From Eubacteriales bacterium (GTDB lineage: Bacteria > Bacillota > Clostridia > Oscillospirales > CAG-382), in the NCBI GenBank assembly GCA_045531135.1, contig JAZSDL010000001.1, positions 12,720 through 76,719 on the forward strand: DNA of 64,000 nt, written 5' to 3'. The notes beneath the pieces are model-generated. The model worked only from the letters and a program-made list of their open reading frames with translations. It searched no databases and had not been told where the DNA came from. The position numbers and the translations under genes were made by a program. This document shows, piece by piece, positions 38,011-49,483 of the stretch. Every line of letters begins with the position of its first letter. Positions within the stretch are counted from its first letter, which is position 1.

Positions 38011-39082
38011 GGGTGCTGGGAGTGGAAGAAGAACCGTTGTCGCCTGCGTCGCCTGCGTCAACTTCAACGTCACCGTAAACCTCGATCTCGTTAAGGAAGC
38101 ACCAGGTAGCAGTATCGGTCAAGTTAAAAACAACCTTAACATAACGACCGGAAAGATCGCCGAGTTCCTTAGCGGTCCATGCGGGAGCGTCGCCTGCTGC
38201 GGGATCAACTGCGATTTCCTCGGAGTAGGTAGTGCCATCCTCAGAAGCAGAAACCTTGATAGCGGAAGGAGCTGCGATGCCGGAAGCGTTTGCGTTCCAG
38301 AAGTGGAGTTTGATCTCGTTGAGGTCATAAACATCTTCGAGGTCGATAATGATGGTAGCTACGCCGTCGGGAGCGTTAACGCTGGGAGTAGTGCTCTTGC
38401 TGTTGTAGTAAAGACCAAACCAATTGCTGTCATAAGTGGTTTCGTTGGAAGCCACACCGTCGGTAAGGTTAGCGGTGTATTTCTCGTCAGCTACGGCAGC
38501 ACCGGTATAGGTCTTGCCTGCTGCTACGTTCTTGCTAACGATAACAGTGTTGGAACCTTCGCCTTCGCCTTCGCCGTCGGGAGCGGAAACGGTGATGGTG
38601 CCGTTGTTAACGGTGCCTGCTGCGAGATCGATACCTGCGAGGGTGAGCATGTCGCCAACCTTGATAGCTGCGGTAGCAACATAGTCATGCCAGTTGGGAT
38701 ACTTTTCGGCATCAGCAGGGTTAGAGGAAGCAGAGTGAACTGCAACTACAACCTGACCTGCCTCGAGTGCGATAGAAGTAAGAGCAGGGCCGCCGGGGCA
38801 TGCGACGTCGGTAGCAACAACGTATTCGTTGTCAGCTACTTTGGAAGCGATGAAGTAACGCGACCAACCACCGATCTGACCGATCTTGGAAGCGTCGGTA
38901 ATGATGGTAGCATCTTCGCCTTCGATGATGCCGTTGATGTCGTCAATGGAGATCGCGTAACCGTATGCATCATCCATTACTGCATTTCCGTCTTCACCGA
39001 CAACATAGTCAGATGCGAAAACAGAAAGGGACAAACTCATGCAGAGAACTACTGCAAGAGCAAGTGCAAAAAACTTTTTCAT
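37913..39082 (-). CDS. Cell-surface protein, array member 3 (paralog of member 2 with a different signal peptide)
   Basis: MKKFFALALAVV; GEDATIIT domain; discoidin-like domain highly similar to member 2; PVKPGD-TM-KTRK. Confidence 0.78.
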   Translation of the reverse strand: MKKFFALALAVVLCMSLSLSVFASDYVVGEDGNAVMDDAYGYAISIDDINGIIEGEDATIITDASKIGQIGGWSRYFIASKVADNEYVVATDVACPGGPALTSIALEAGQVVVAVHSASSNPADAEKYPNWHDYVATAAIKVGDMLTLAGIDLAAGTVNNGTITVSAPDGEGEGEGSNTVIVSKNVAAGKTYTGAAVADEKYTANLTDGVASNETTYDSNWFGLYYNSKSTTPSVNAPDGVATIIIDLEDVYDLNEIKLHFWNANASGIAAPSAIKVSASEDGTTYSEEIAVDPAAGDAPAWTAKELGDLSGRYVKVVFNLTDTATWCFLNEIEVYGDVEVDAGDAGDNGSSSTPSTPVKPGDASNTIVFAILALVAITGSAVVIKTRK

Positions 39083-39111
39083 AATAAACCTCCGTTTTAT
39101 AATTATGGTAT

Positions 39112-39140
39112 ATTATACCATCCGAAATTTTATTTGTCAA
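39112..39140 (-). promoter_or_regulatory. Consensus sigma-A promoter of array member 3
   Basis: TTGACA-17-TATAAT with TG extension. Confidence 0.75.
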
Positions 39141-39238
39141 TAATTATGCCACAATATCTTGCCCGTTTTGAGCATTTTTTAAACAAAAAAACGGATCTGC
39201 TGATTGATTTTTTGCAGATCCGCTCTCAATATATTCTT

Positions 39239-40579
39239 TTATTCGCCGTAAAGTGAGATTTTTTGCTCAAGATCCTCATTGATTTTTTCAAAATAACGCG
39301 CGGTCTTGTATATGAATACACCTGTCGCAATAAGCCGCAAGGCAAACGTCGGTGCATAAAAATACGGTATGGCAAAGCCCAACGCAAATAGGATCGAATA
39401 AACGCAAAATGCTATCCACGCTACGAAACACGAATCGGTATCAAGACCAAGCTCTTTTCGCATTTTTGCCGCTTCGGAAAAAAGCGACTTCACGCAAAGC
39501 ATCGAGCATATCATTGTGCCCAGCGCGATCAAGGCGCCGACAATAACCACCCAAAGCTCTGTTTCGTATATAACTATTGCGCCGTTGGGCGAAAAATAAC
39601 TTCTGAATAACTGGGTGACAAGCAGCAGGAAACAGCAAGGAACGGCGTATATCTGCGTTTTTTTGAATTCGCCGATGCCCTTAAACAGCATCAACGCAAA
39701 CGGCAACAGCAAAAACGCCGCAAATGCGGGGAGTATGCGTATGTCATCAAACTCGATATCGAGTAAGAAAACCAGACAAACGCAAAGCGCACAGAAACCT
39801 CTTTTCAGCTTCTTCGGTGCAGTCCTTTCGGGACGCGAGAGGTATTCGCCGGAATAACGATTGTCAAGCTTCGCGCCCGCTTCTTTGACAAATGCGTTGA
39901 TAAGCTTGCACACCGAGATCACCCACATAACAGAAACGCCCAAAGAGATCATTGTAAACAGCACAACTATAACCGGCTTGATTTTTACGAACGCCGAAAT
40001 CGCCTCGTACGTGACAAAATCGAGCTCGACGGACAATTTTAATTCGAGCAGAGCAATAAGCTCGGGTACAAGCGTGGCGCCGATACGGATGAAAAACGCC
40101 AGATAGGTCATAAATGCCGCGCCGTCGCACAATTCACTCGCTTTGGTGCAGTTGTTTCTCAATGCAAAATAGGAGGCACCGCCGAATAACTGCTTTATGA
40201 TGAGGATATAAAGAATTCCCTGAGGTATCGAAAACGCGGTCACGCCGAGCAAACGGTTTGACGGTATTTGGGTAAGAAGCATCGATTTCATAAACAAAAG
40301 ATGCAAAAACTCAATTACCGCCAGATATATCAGATATTTTCTTGCCGCCTCGACCGAGCTGTCGAAATACGATAACTGCGTTAATCCGAAAATAAGCAAA
40401 ATACAGCCGATAACGTCGGGCATTACGTCAAATCCGAGCGGAGTCGGAATTACAAAAAACAACACCCCGAAAAGAAGTAAAAGCTTACTTCTTTTTGATA
40501 TGCTTTTATTGGTTTTTGCGGTTGTTACGTCTTTCAAGCTTTTTTGCCGCCTCCTGTTTGTCCTTGTGCATCTTTTCAA
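39239..40579 (-). CDS. Polytopic membrane protein of unknown function (start uncertain)
   Basis: About 11-12 TM helices; DVMPDVIG / IRILPAFAAF internal repeat; only a TTG start upstream of the first helix. Confidence 0.6.
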   Translation of the reverse strand: MKRCTRTNRRRQKSLKDVTTAKTNKSISKRSKLLLLFGVLFFVIPTPLGFDVMPDVIGCILLIFGLTQLSYFDSSVEAARKYLIYLAVIEFLHLLFMKSMLLTQIPSNRLLGVTAFSIPQGILYILIIKQLFGGASYFALRNNCTKASELCDGAAFMTYLAFFIRIGATLVPELIALLELKLSVELDFVTYEAISAFVKIKPVIVVLFTMISLGVSVMWVISVCKLINAFVKEAGAKLDNRYSGEYLSRPERTAPKKLKRGFCALCVCLVFLLDIEFDDIRILPAFAAFLLLPFALMLFKGIGEFKKTQIYAVPCCFLLLVTQLFRSYFSPNGAIVIYETELWVVIVGALIALGTMICSMLCVKSLFSEAAKMRKELGLDTDSCFVAWIAFCVYSILFALGFAIPYFYAPTFALRLIATGVFIYKTARYFEKINEDLEQKISLYGE

Positions 40580-41159
40580 GTGCGTTTGCCTGCTCCCGCG
40601 CCAATTGCTGCTTGTCCTTTTCGTATTGCCTTTTGCTGGTTATCATTATAAAACAGGTGTGCATAAAAAGGGCGTTTATCACTATGACTGCGTATTGCAA
40701 AACGTATTGAAGCGAGCTGACGGTAAATCCGAGATCGCCCAAAGCACCGGAGCTGTTGAGCATCAATACCGCGAACGAAAAAACGATAAATACGACCGTT
40801 ATTATCATTCGGCTCCTTGCCTGTCGCTCGAGCTTGGGCGCATCGCAGCCGATAGCGATTTTTATAACCGCGGTATACCAGAAATACGTCATCATCAGCC
40901 AGGCGAGAAGATGCAGTATAAAGGTTACGGTATTCAGCATCGGGAGAGAATCAAGATCGATTACACCTATGACAGTCAGCAATTGTACTATTCCGCGCGG
41001 TAACAGGAAAAACGACGAGATCGAGGCACGTAAAAAGTTGCTTTCCAGCCGCGATGCGAGGAAAAAGCCGTATGCGAGCAAAGGCACGGCGAAAACCGCA
41101 CCGCCCATCTCGTGCAGCAGTAAAAATGCATAACCGAATAATGCTATTCCGAATCCCAT
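40506..41159 (-). CDS. Membrane protein of unknown function
   Basis: MGFGIALFGY; 5-6 TM helices; charged C-tail; AGGAG RBS. Confidence 0.65.
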   Translation of the reverse strand: MGFGIALFGYAFLLLHEMGGAVFAVPLLAYGFFLASRLESNFLRASISSFFLLPRGIVQLLTVIGVIDLDSLPMLNTVTFILHLLAWLMMTYFWYTAVIKIAIGCDAPKLERQARSRMIITVVFIVFSFAVLMLNSSGALGDLGFTVSSLQYVLQYAVIVINALFMHTCFIMITSKRQYEKDKQQLAREQANALEKMHKDKQEAAKKLERRNNRKNQ

Positions 41160-41283
41160 TTAATATTTCTCCTTGGGTTGTGTTTGCTTCGCAGATGCGA
41201 TAAAAGGATGCTAAAGATGCTTATACAAATCAAAAACAAAATTTACAGAAAACTTTTTCGTTCCTGCCGGAAATCGAAGTGGG

Positions 41284-44010
<2,727 letters not shown>

Positions 44011-44166
44011 ATATGTCACTCCCAATGAAAGATTTTACATTTTAACCACTATATAATAACACATAATTGTTAAAAAGTATATAGATATTTTAAAAAATAA
44101 TTGCATTATCGTGTCAAAAGAGGTATAATAGCGTGAATTACTGTCTTGATAAACTTGGAGAATGAT

Positions 44167-45531
44167 ATGGGTACAGTCGTTGCTATCGGTACGCCGCACG
44201 GTAAGGGCGGTGTCGCTATGATACGAATAAGCGGAAGCGGGGCCTTTGACGTGGCAAAGCGCGTTTTTGTTCCCGCAAATCAAAATTTGTTTGAAAACGC
44301 GGTGTACGGTCGCGCCTATTACGGTTCTTTTGCCGACGAAAAGGGAATATTTGACGACGGATTGTGTATTCTTTTCAAAGCACCTCATTCCTTCACGGGT
44401 GAAAACGTTGCCGAGCTTTACTGTCACGGCGGTATTCTGGTTACGCAAAAGCTGCTGTCTGCCGCGCTCAAAAACGGCGCGAGAATGGCAACGGCGGGTG
44501 AGTTTACCAAGCGTGCGTTCATCAACGGCAAAATGTCGCTTACTCAGGCAGAGGCGGTCGGCGGGATTATCGATTCCGTCAGCGAAAAGCATCTTGCCGT
44601 TTCCGCGAGACAGGCGGGCGGATCGCTTTCGAGACAGCTTAGCGGAATTTACGATGAATTAAAGCTTCTTGCCGCATCGGTATATGCTTTTATAGATTAT
44701 CCCGATGAGGATATGACCGACGTCTCGACCGACGAAATGAGGGAACGGCTGACTGACATAAAAAAACGCCTTGACCGTCTGGCAGGCACCCATACCTACG
44801 GACTCGCTATAAGCGAGGGTATTAAAACCGCTATCGTAGGCAAGCCGAACACCGGAAAAAGCTCGCTTCTTAATGCGCTTTGCGGCGAGGAAAGGGCGAT
44901 AGTGACCGATATCGCGGGAACAACGCGCGATGTTGTTACCGAGACGATCGGATTGGGCGATATAATACTTCGTCTTTCGGATACCGCGGGCATCCGCGAG
45001 AGCGAGGATACTGTGGAAAAAATCGGTATCGAGCGCAGTATCAAGGCGATAAACGATGCAGAGCTGATACTTGCCGTGTTTGATCTGTCGCGCCCTATAG
45101 ATGATGACGATAAGCGGCTGATAGGCGCGATATTTGAAAGCAGAAAACAGGACAAGACCGTTTGTATATACAACAAGGCGGATATATCCTCGGATACCTC
45201 CTGTCATAAGCTTCCTTTTGACAAAACCGTTATGTTGAGCGCGCTCAATAACCAAGGGCTTGATGCACTGGTCGAAACGGTTTCCTTGATGTTCGGCGCG
45301 GGCGAGATAGGCGAGAACGATGAGATAGTTGTCAATGCACGTCAGTGTGCGTCGGTGGTCAACGCATCATGCGCTGTCGGGAACGCAATTTCCGCGCTTG
45401 ACGGATTCACACAGGACATAGCGGGAATGGATATCGAGGTTGCGCTTTCGGCAATTGCCGAGGCAGACGGCAGAGCCGTAAACGAAGACATAGTGAACGA
45501 GATTTTTTCGCATTTCTGCGTAGGAAAATAA
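44167..45531 (+). CDS. mnmE: tRNA modification GTPase MnmE
   Basis: GEFTKRAFINGK, GKPNTGKSS, AGTTRD, DTAG, NKAD, FCVGK. Confidence 0.96.
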   Translation: MGTVVAIGTPHGKGGVAMIRISGSGAFDVAKRVFVPANQNLFENAVYGRAYYGSFADEKGIFDDGLCILFKAPHSFTGENVAELYCHGGILVTQKLLSAALKNGARMATAGEFTKRAFINGKMSLTQAEAVGGIIDSVSEKHLAVSARQAGGSLSRQLSGIYDELKLLAASVYAFIDYPDEDMTDVSTDEMRERLTDIKKRLDRLAGTHTYGLAISEGIKTAIVGKPNTGKSSLLNALCGEERAIVTDIAGTTRDVVTETIGLGDIILRLSDTAGIRESEDTVEKIGIERSIKAINDAELILAVFDLSRPIDDDDKRLIGAIFESRKQDKTVCIYNKADISSDTSCHKLPFDKTVMLSALNNQGLDALVETVSLMFGAGEIGENDEIVVNARQCASVVNASCAVGNAISALDGFTQDIAGMDIEVALSAIAEADGRAVNEDIVNEIFSHFCVGK

Positions 45532-45543
45532 AGGTGCTTATTT

Positions 45544-47418
45544 ATGATAAAATATAAGGCAGAACAAATAGACGTTGCCGTTATCGGCGCGGGACACGCG
45601 GGGCTCGAGGCGGCACTCGCAAGTGCAAGAATGGGCGTAAAAACGGTGCTTTTTACCCTTACGCTCGATCTTGTCGGCAATATGCCCTGCAACCCCTCGA
45701 TAGGCGGCACCGGCAAGGGACATCTTGTTTTCGAGATAGATGCATTGGGCGGTGAAATGGGGCGTGCCGCAAATGAGGTTATGCTTCAGAGCCGTATGCT
45801 CAACGCATCAAAGGGACCTGCGGTACGCTCGTTGCGTATGCAGTCTGACCGTGTGAGATACCGCGATTATATGAAAAACGTTGTCGAAAAGACCGAAAAC
45901 CTTACTTTAAAGCAATCCGAGGTCGTTTCGGTCGAGACAGACGAGAACGGAGTTACGGGTGTAACCACCTCCTTCGGTGCGTTTTATCCCGCAAAGTGTG
46001 TTATTATCGCCACGGGCACCTCGCTCGGCGGCAGAATAATCGTGGGTGAGGAGGCGTATGCCTCGGGACCTGACAATACCCTGCCCGCAAACCGTCTTGT
46101 AGAGTCACTGCGTAACATAGGCGTGCGATTGGCGCGCTTTAAGACAGGAACTCCGCCGAGAATACACGCCGATTCGATAAATTACGATAAATTAGAGCGG
46201 CAGGACGGCGACGAAACTCCGACAATGTTCGGCTTTGCACCGTCAAAGGAAAACGTTTTGCCCTGCTATATCGCGTATACCAACCAAAAAACACACGAGA
46301 TAATAAGAAATAATTTGTCACGCTCGCCTCTTTATTCGGGCGTTATTCACGGCACCGGACCGAGATACTGCCCCAGTATCGAGGATAAGGTGGTGCGCTT
46401 TTCGGATAAGGACCGACATCAGATATTTGTCGAGCCGATGGGGACCGACACAAAGGAGGTCTATCTTCAGGGCTTGTCGAGCTCACTGCCCGAGGAGGTT
46501 CAGCTTGAGCTTATACACAGCATAGAGGGGCTCGAAAACGCCGAATTTATGAGGACCGCCTATGCAATCGAATACGACTGCTGTGATCCGCTTCAGCTGA
46601 CTAATACGCTTGAATTCCGCGATATCAGCGGACTTTTCGGTGCGGGTCAGTTCAACGGAAGCTCGGGTTACGAGGAGGCGGCGGCTCAGGGGCTTATCGC
46701 GGGTATCAACGCCGCGTTAAAGGTAAAGAACAAAGAACCGTTTTCGCTTGCAAGGAGCGAGAGCTATATCGGCACGCTTATCGACGATCTTGTCACAAAG
46801 GGCACCAACGAGCCATACCGTATGATGACCTCAAGGAGCGAATACCGCCTTCTTTTAAGACAGGATAATGCCCAGACACGACTTTTGCCAAAGGGCTATG
46901 AGATAGGTCTTGTCAGCGAGGAAAGATACAGCGCTTTTCTCGAGACCGAAAGACAGTTGTCCGAAATAATTTACTCACTCGAGCACGAGAGCATAAGGCA
47001 CTCCGATGTATTGGATGCTCTGCTCGAGGAGCGCGGATATCAAAAAACAGGCGCGGGTATTGTAAAGGCGGAGCTTTTAAAGCGGCCCGAGATAACAATA
47101 TACGATATCCTCTCGCTTTCGGGTGAGGATGCCGAAGCGTATGACAGAAATCTCTTGTCACGCGCAGAAACCGAGATCAAATATTCGGGCTATATCAAGC
47201 GCCAGCTTGCCGAGGTCGAGCGGTTTTCAAAGCTGGAGGAAAAAATGCTTCCTCCCGACATAGATTATACCCAAATACGCGGTCTGCGTATCGAGGCGGC
47301 GCAGAAATTGCAAAAGCTCCGTCCCGAAAATATCGGCAGAGCATCGCGCATAAGCGGTGTTTCGCCGTCGGACGTTTCGGTGCTTCTTATATATCTATCA
47401 CAAGGCGGTAAACAATGA
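45544..47418 (+). CDS. mnmG: tRNA uridine 5-carboxymethylaminomethyl modification enzyme
   Basis: GAGHAGLEAA, CNPSIGG, GPRYCPSIEDK, GYEEAAAQG, EPYRMMTSRSEYRL. Confidence 0.97.
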   Translation: MIKYKAEQIDVAVIGAGHAGLEAALASARMGVKTVLFTLTLDLVGNMPCNPSIGGTGKGHLVFEIDALGGEMGRAANEVMLQSRMLNASKGPAVRSLRMQSDRVRYRDYMKNVVEKTENLTLKQSEVVSVETDENGVTGVTTSFGAFYPAKCVIIATGTSLGGRIIVGEEAYASGPDNTLPANRLVESLRNIGVRLARFKTGTPPRIHADSINYDKLERQDGDETPTMFGFAPSKENVLPCYIAYTNQKTHEIIRNNLSRSPLYSGVIHGTGPRYCPSIEDKVVRFSDKDRHQIFVEPMGTDTKEVYLQGLSSSLPEEVQLELIHSIEGLENAEFMRTAYAIEYDCCDPLQLTNTLEFRDISGLFGAGQFNGSSGYEEAAAQGLIAGINAALKVKNKEPFSLARSESYIGTLIDDLVTKGTNEPYRMMTSRSEYRLLLRQDNAQTRLLPKGYEIGLVSEERYSAFLETERQLSEIIYSLEHESIRHSDVLDALLEERGYQKTGAGIVKAELLKRPEITIYDILSLSGEDAEAYDRNLLSRAETEIKYSGYIKRQLAEVERFSKLEEKMLPPDIDYTQIRGLRIEAAQKLQKLRPENIGRASRISGVSPSDVSVLLIYLSQGGKQ

Positions 47419-48116
47419 GCTATTCCGAATTGACAAAAAAATATCGCGGTTCGCTTACCGTCGAGGAATGTAATGCCCTCGACGTAATCGGCAAATGTCT
47501 TCACGATACCAACGAGGTTATGAATCTCACCGCGCTCACCGACGAAAAGGGTGTCGGACTGCTTCATTTTTGGGATTCACTCACACTGTTGGATACCGGA
47601 CTTTTTAAATCGGGCGAGGTTATTGATATCGGCTGCGGCGGCGGATTTCCGTCGCTTCCGCTTGCGCTTTGCGCAAAAAACTGCACGATCACCTCAAACG
47701 ATGCTACCGCAAAAAAACTTACCTACGTTGCCGAAACCGCAAAAAAAGCGGGCATAGATAATCTGAAAACGCTCGTCGGACGTGCAGAGGAGTTATCGCA
47801 CGATGCAGAATACCGCGAGAAATACGATACAGCTGTCGCACGCGGTGTTGCACGTCTTAATATACTTGCCGAGTGGTGTTTGCCGTTTGTAAAAACAGGC
47901 GGATATTTTGTCGCAATGAAAGGCGAAAAGGGCAGAGAGGAAGCCGACGAGGCAAGAAAAGCGATATCTGTCCTCGGCGGAGAGCTGGTTGACATAATTG
48001 ATATTAAGATACCTGAATTCGATTATCTGCACACGCTCGTGATAGTTAAGAAAACAAAATCCACACCAAAGCTGTATCCGCGAAGAAACAGCCAAATACA
48101 GAAAAAACCGTTATAG
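47415..48116 (+). CDS. rsmG: 16S rRNA m7G527 methyltransferase
   Basis: NLTA, HFWDSL, DIGCGGGFP, GRAEE, YPRR. Confidence 0.93.
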   Translation: MSYSELTKKYRGSLTVEECNALDVIGKCLHDTNEVMNLTALTDEKGVGLLHFWDSLTLLDTGLFKSGEVIDIGCGGGFPSLPLALCAKNCTITSNDATAKKLTYVAETAKKAGIDNLKTLVGRAEELSHDAEYREKYDTAVARGVARLNILAEWCLPFVKTGGYFVAMKGEKGREEADEARKAISVLGGELVDIIDIKIPEFDYLHTLVIVKKTKSTPKLYPRRNSQIQKKPL

Positions 48117-48169
48117 CCGCTGTCAACCCGAGCGAGCCGAAGGATATACGGACAAACACAGGAGCAAAA

Positions 48170-48781
48170 ATGAAAGAACCACGTGATATAAACGGTCTTA
48201 CAGAAGCTGAATTTTTGTCGCAATACGATGCGTCTAAATATGACCGTCCGTCTGTGACGGTTGACATAATCAATATTGAGAACAGCGAGATTCTATTGAT
48301 TAAAAGGGCAGGGCACCCTTGCTTGGGCAAGCTTGCGTTCCCCGGTGGATTTGTAGAAACGGACGAGGATGTATATACCGCCGCCGTGCGCGAGTTAAAG
48401 GAGGAAACAGGGCTTGATGCTGTTAATCTCCGCCAGATCAACGTGGCATCGACACCGAACCGAGATCCGAGAACACGTATAATCTCGGTGCCGTTTATTG
48501 CCGATATAAAGGACAGAGCTATGCTTAAGGCGGGAGATGATGCATCCTCTGCGAAATGGTATCCTTTTTCTTTTAAAAAGATGTCACTTGCGGGCACCGA
48601 ATTTTTTGAGATCAATATAGTCGAGGGTGAAAAAAGACATACGTTCAAGGTTGCAAAATCCAACGACAAAACAGGTATTCGTGCCGATGCGGTGTATAAG
48701 CAGATCGGCGATTCTGCACTTGCCGGCGATCACGCAGAGATATTGGCGTATGCGCTTGATGTTATAGGAGGATTCATATAA
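48170..48781 (+). CDS. Nudix hydrolase (ADP-ribose pyrophosphatase/NrtR-N-like, no wHTH)
   Basis: PSVTVD, GGFVETDEDVYTAAVRELKEETGL Nudix box, RDPR, LAGDH. Confidence 0.88.
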   Translation: MKEPRDINGLTEAEFLSQYDASKYDRPSVTVDIINIENSEILLIKRAGHPCLGKLAFPGGFVETDEDVYTAAVRELKEETGLDAVNLRQINVASTPNRDPRTRIISVPFIADIKDRAMLKAGDDASSAKWYPFSFKKMSLAGTEFFEINIVEGEKRHTFKVAKSNDKTGIRADAVYKQIGDSALAGDHAEILAYALDVIGGFI

Positions 48782-48784
48782 AAG

Positions 48785-49465
48785 ATGGTTAAAGAAAACA
48801 AAATCAAGGAACGTCTTTCCGAAATATTTGACGATGACTTGATCTGTCACACCAAGTCGATGATACGCGAGTACGAAAAGCTTATGTCCTACTACCGATG
48901 TGCGCTCATGGAGGTCGAGACCAAGTTCAACGTACTTAACGAGGAGTTTTCGCTCCGCTTGGACCGCAATCCGATAAACAGTATAAAGACACGACTCAAA
49001 TCGATGTCGAGTATGCGCGAAAAGCTTGAACGCAGAGGAATAGCATATTCGGTATCCGCGATAGAGGAAAACCTGAACGACGTTGCGGGCGTGCGTGTTA
49101 TCTGCCCGTTTACCGATGATGTGTATAAGCTTGCAGACTCGCTTTTAAAGCAGGATGATATCGAGCTTGTGGAGATGAAGGACTATATCGCAAATCCCAA
49201 GCTCAATGGGTACAGAAGCTTGCATCTTATCGTTACCGTTCCTATATTTCTCGAAAAGGAAAAACGGTTGATGAAGGTGGAAATACAGCTCCGCACTATT
49301 GCTATGGACTCATGGGCAAGCTTGGAGCACCAGCTGAGATACAAAAAGGATTATGATTTTGATGATAATATGGCTGACGAATTGTTAAAATGCGCCGAGC
49401 TTTCAAGCGAGCTTGATTCACGTATGGATTCGCTTCGCGCTTCTGTACATAAAAATCCCGATTAA
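48785..49465 (+). CDS. Small alarmone ((p)ppGpp) synthetase, RelP/RelQ-like
   Basis: RLKS, DVAGVR, KDYI..PK.NGYRSLH, EIQLRT..MD.WASLEH. Confidence 0.9.
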   Translation: MVKENKIKERLSEIFDDDLICHTKSMIREYEKLMSYYRCALMEVETKFNVLNEEFSLRLDRNPINSIKTRLKSMSSMREKLERRGIAYSVSAIEENLNDVAGVRVICPFTDDVYKLADSLLKQDDIELVEMKDYIANPKLNGYRSLHLIVTVPIFLEKEKRLMKVEIQLRTIAMDSWASLEHQLRYKKDYDFDDNMADELLKCAELSSELDSRMDSLRASVHKNPD

Positions 49466-49483
49466 GAAAAGGTTTACATAATT

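Noticed and set aside
35012-39082. Diversity-generating retroelement or shufflon explanation for the array
   Set aside because: No reverse transcriptase or recombinase in the window; repeats are direct and differences are not adenine-specific
37856-39256. 466-aa plus-strand ORF and similar ORFs at 36493 and 37099
   Set aside because: Antisense to the surface-protein genes; their shared N-termini only mirror the direct repeat
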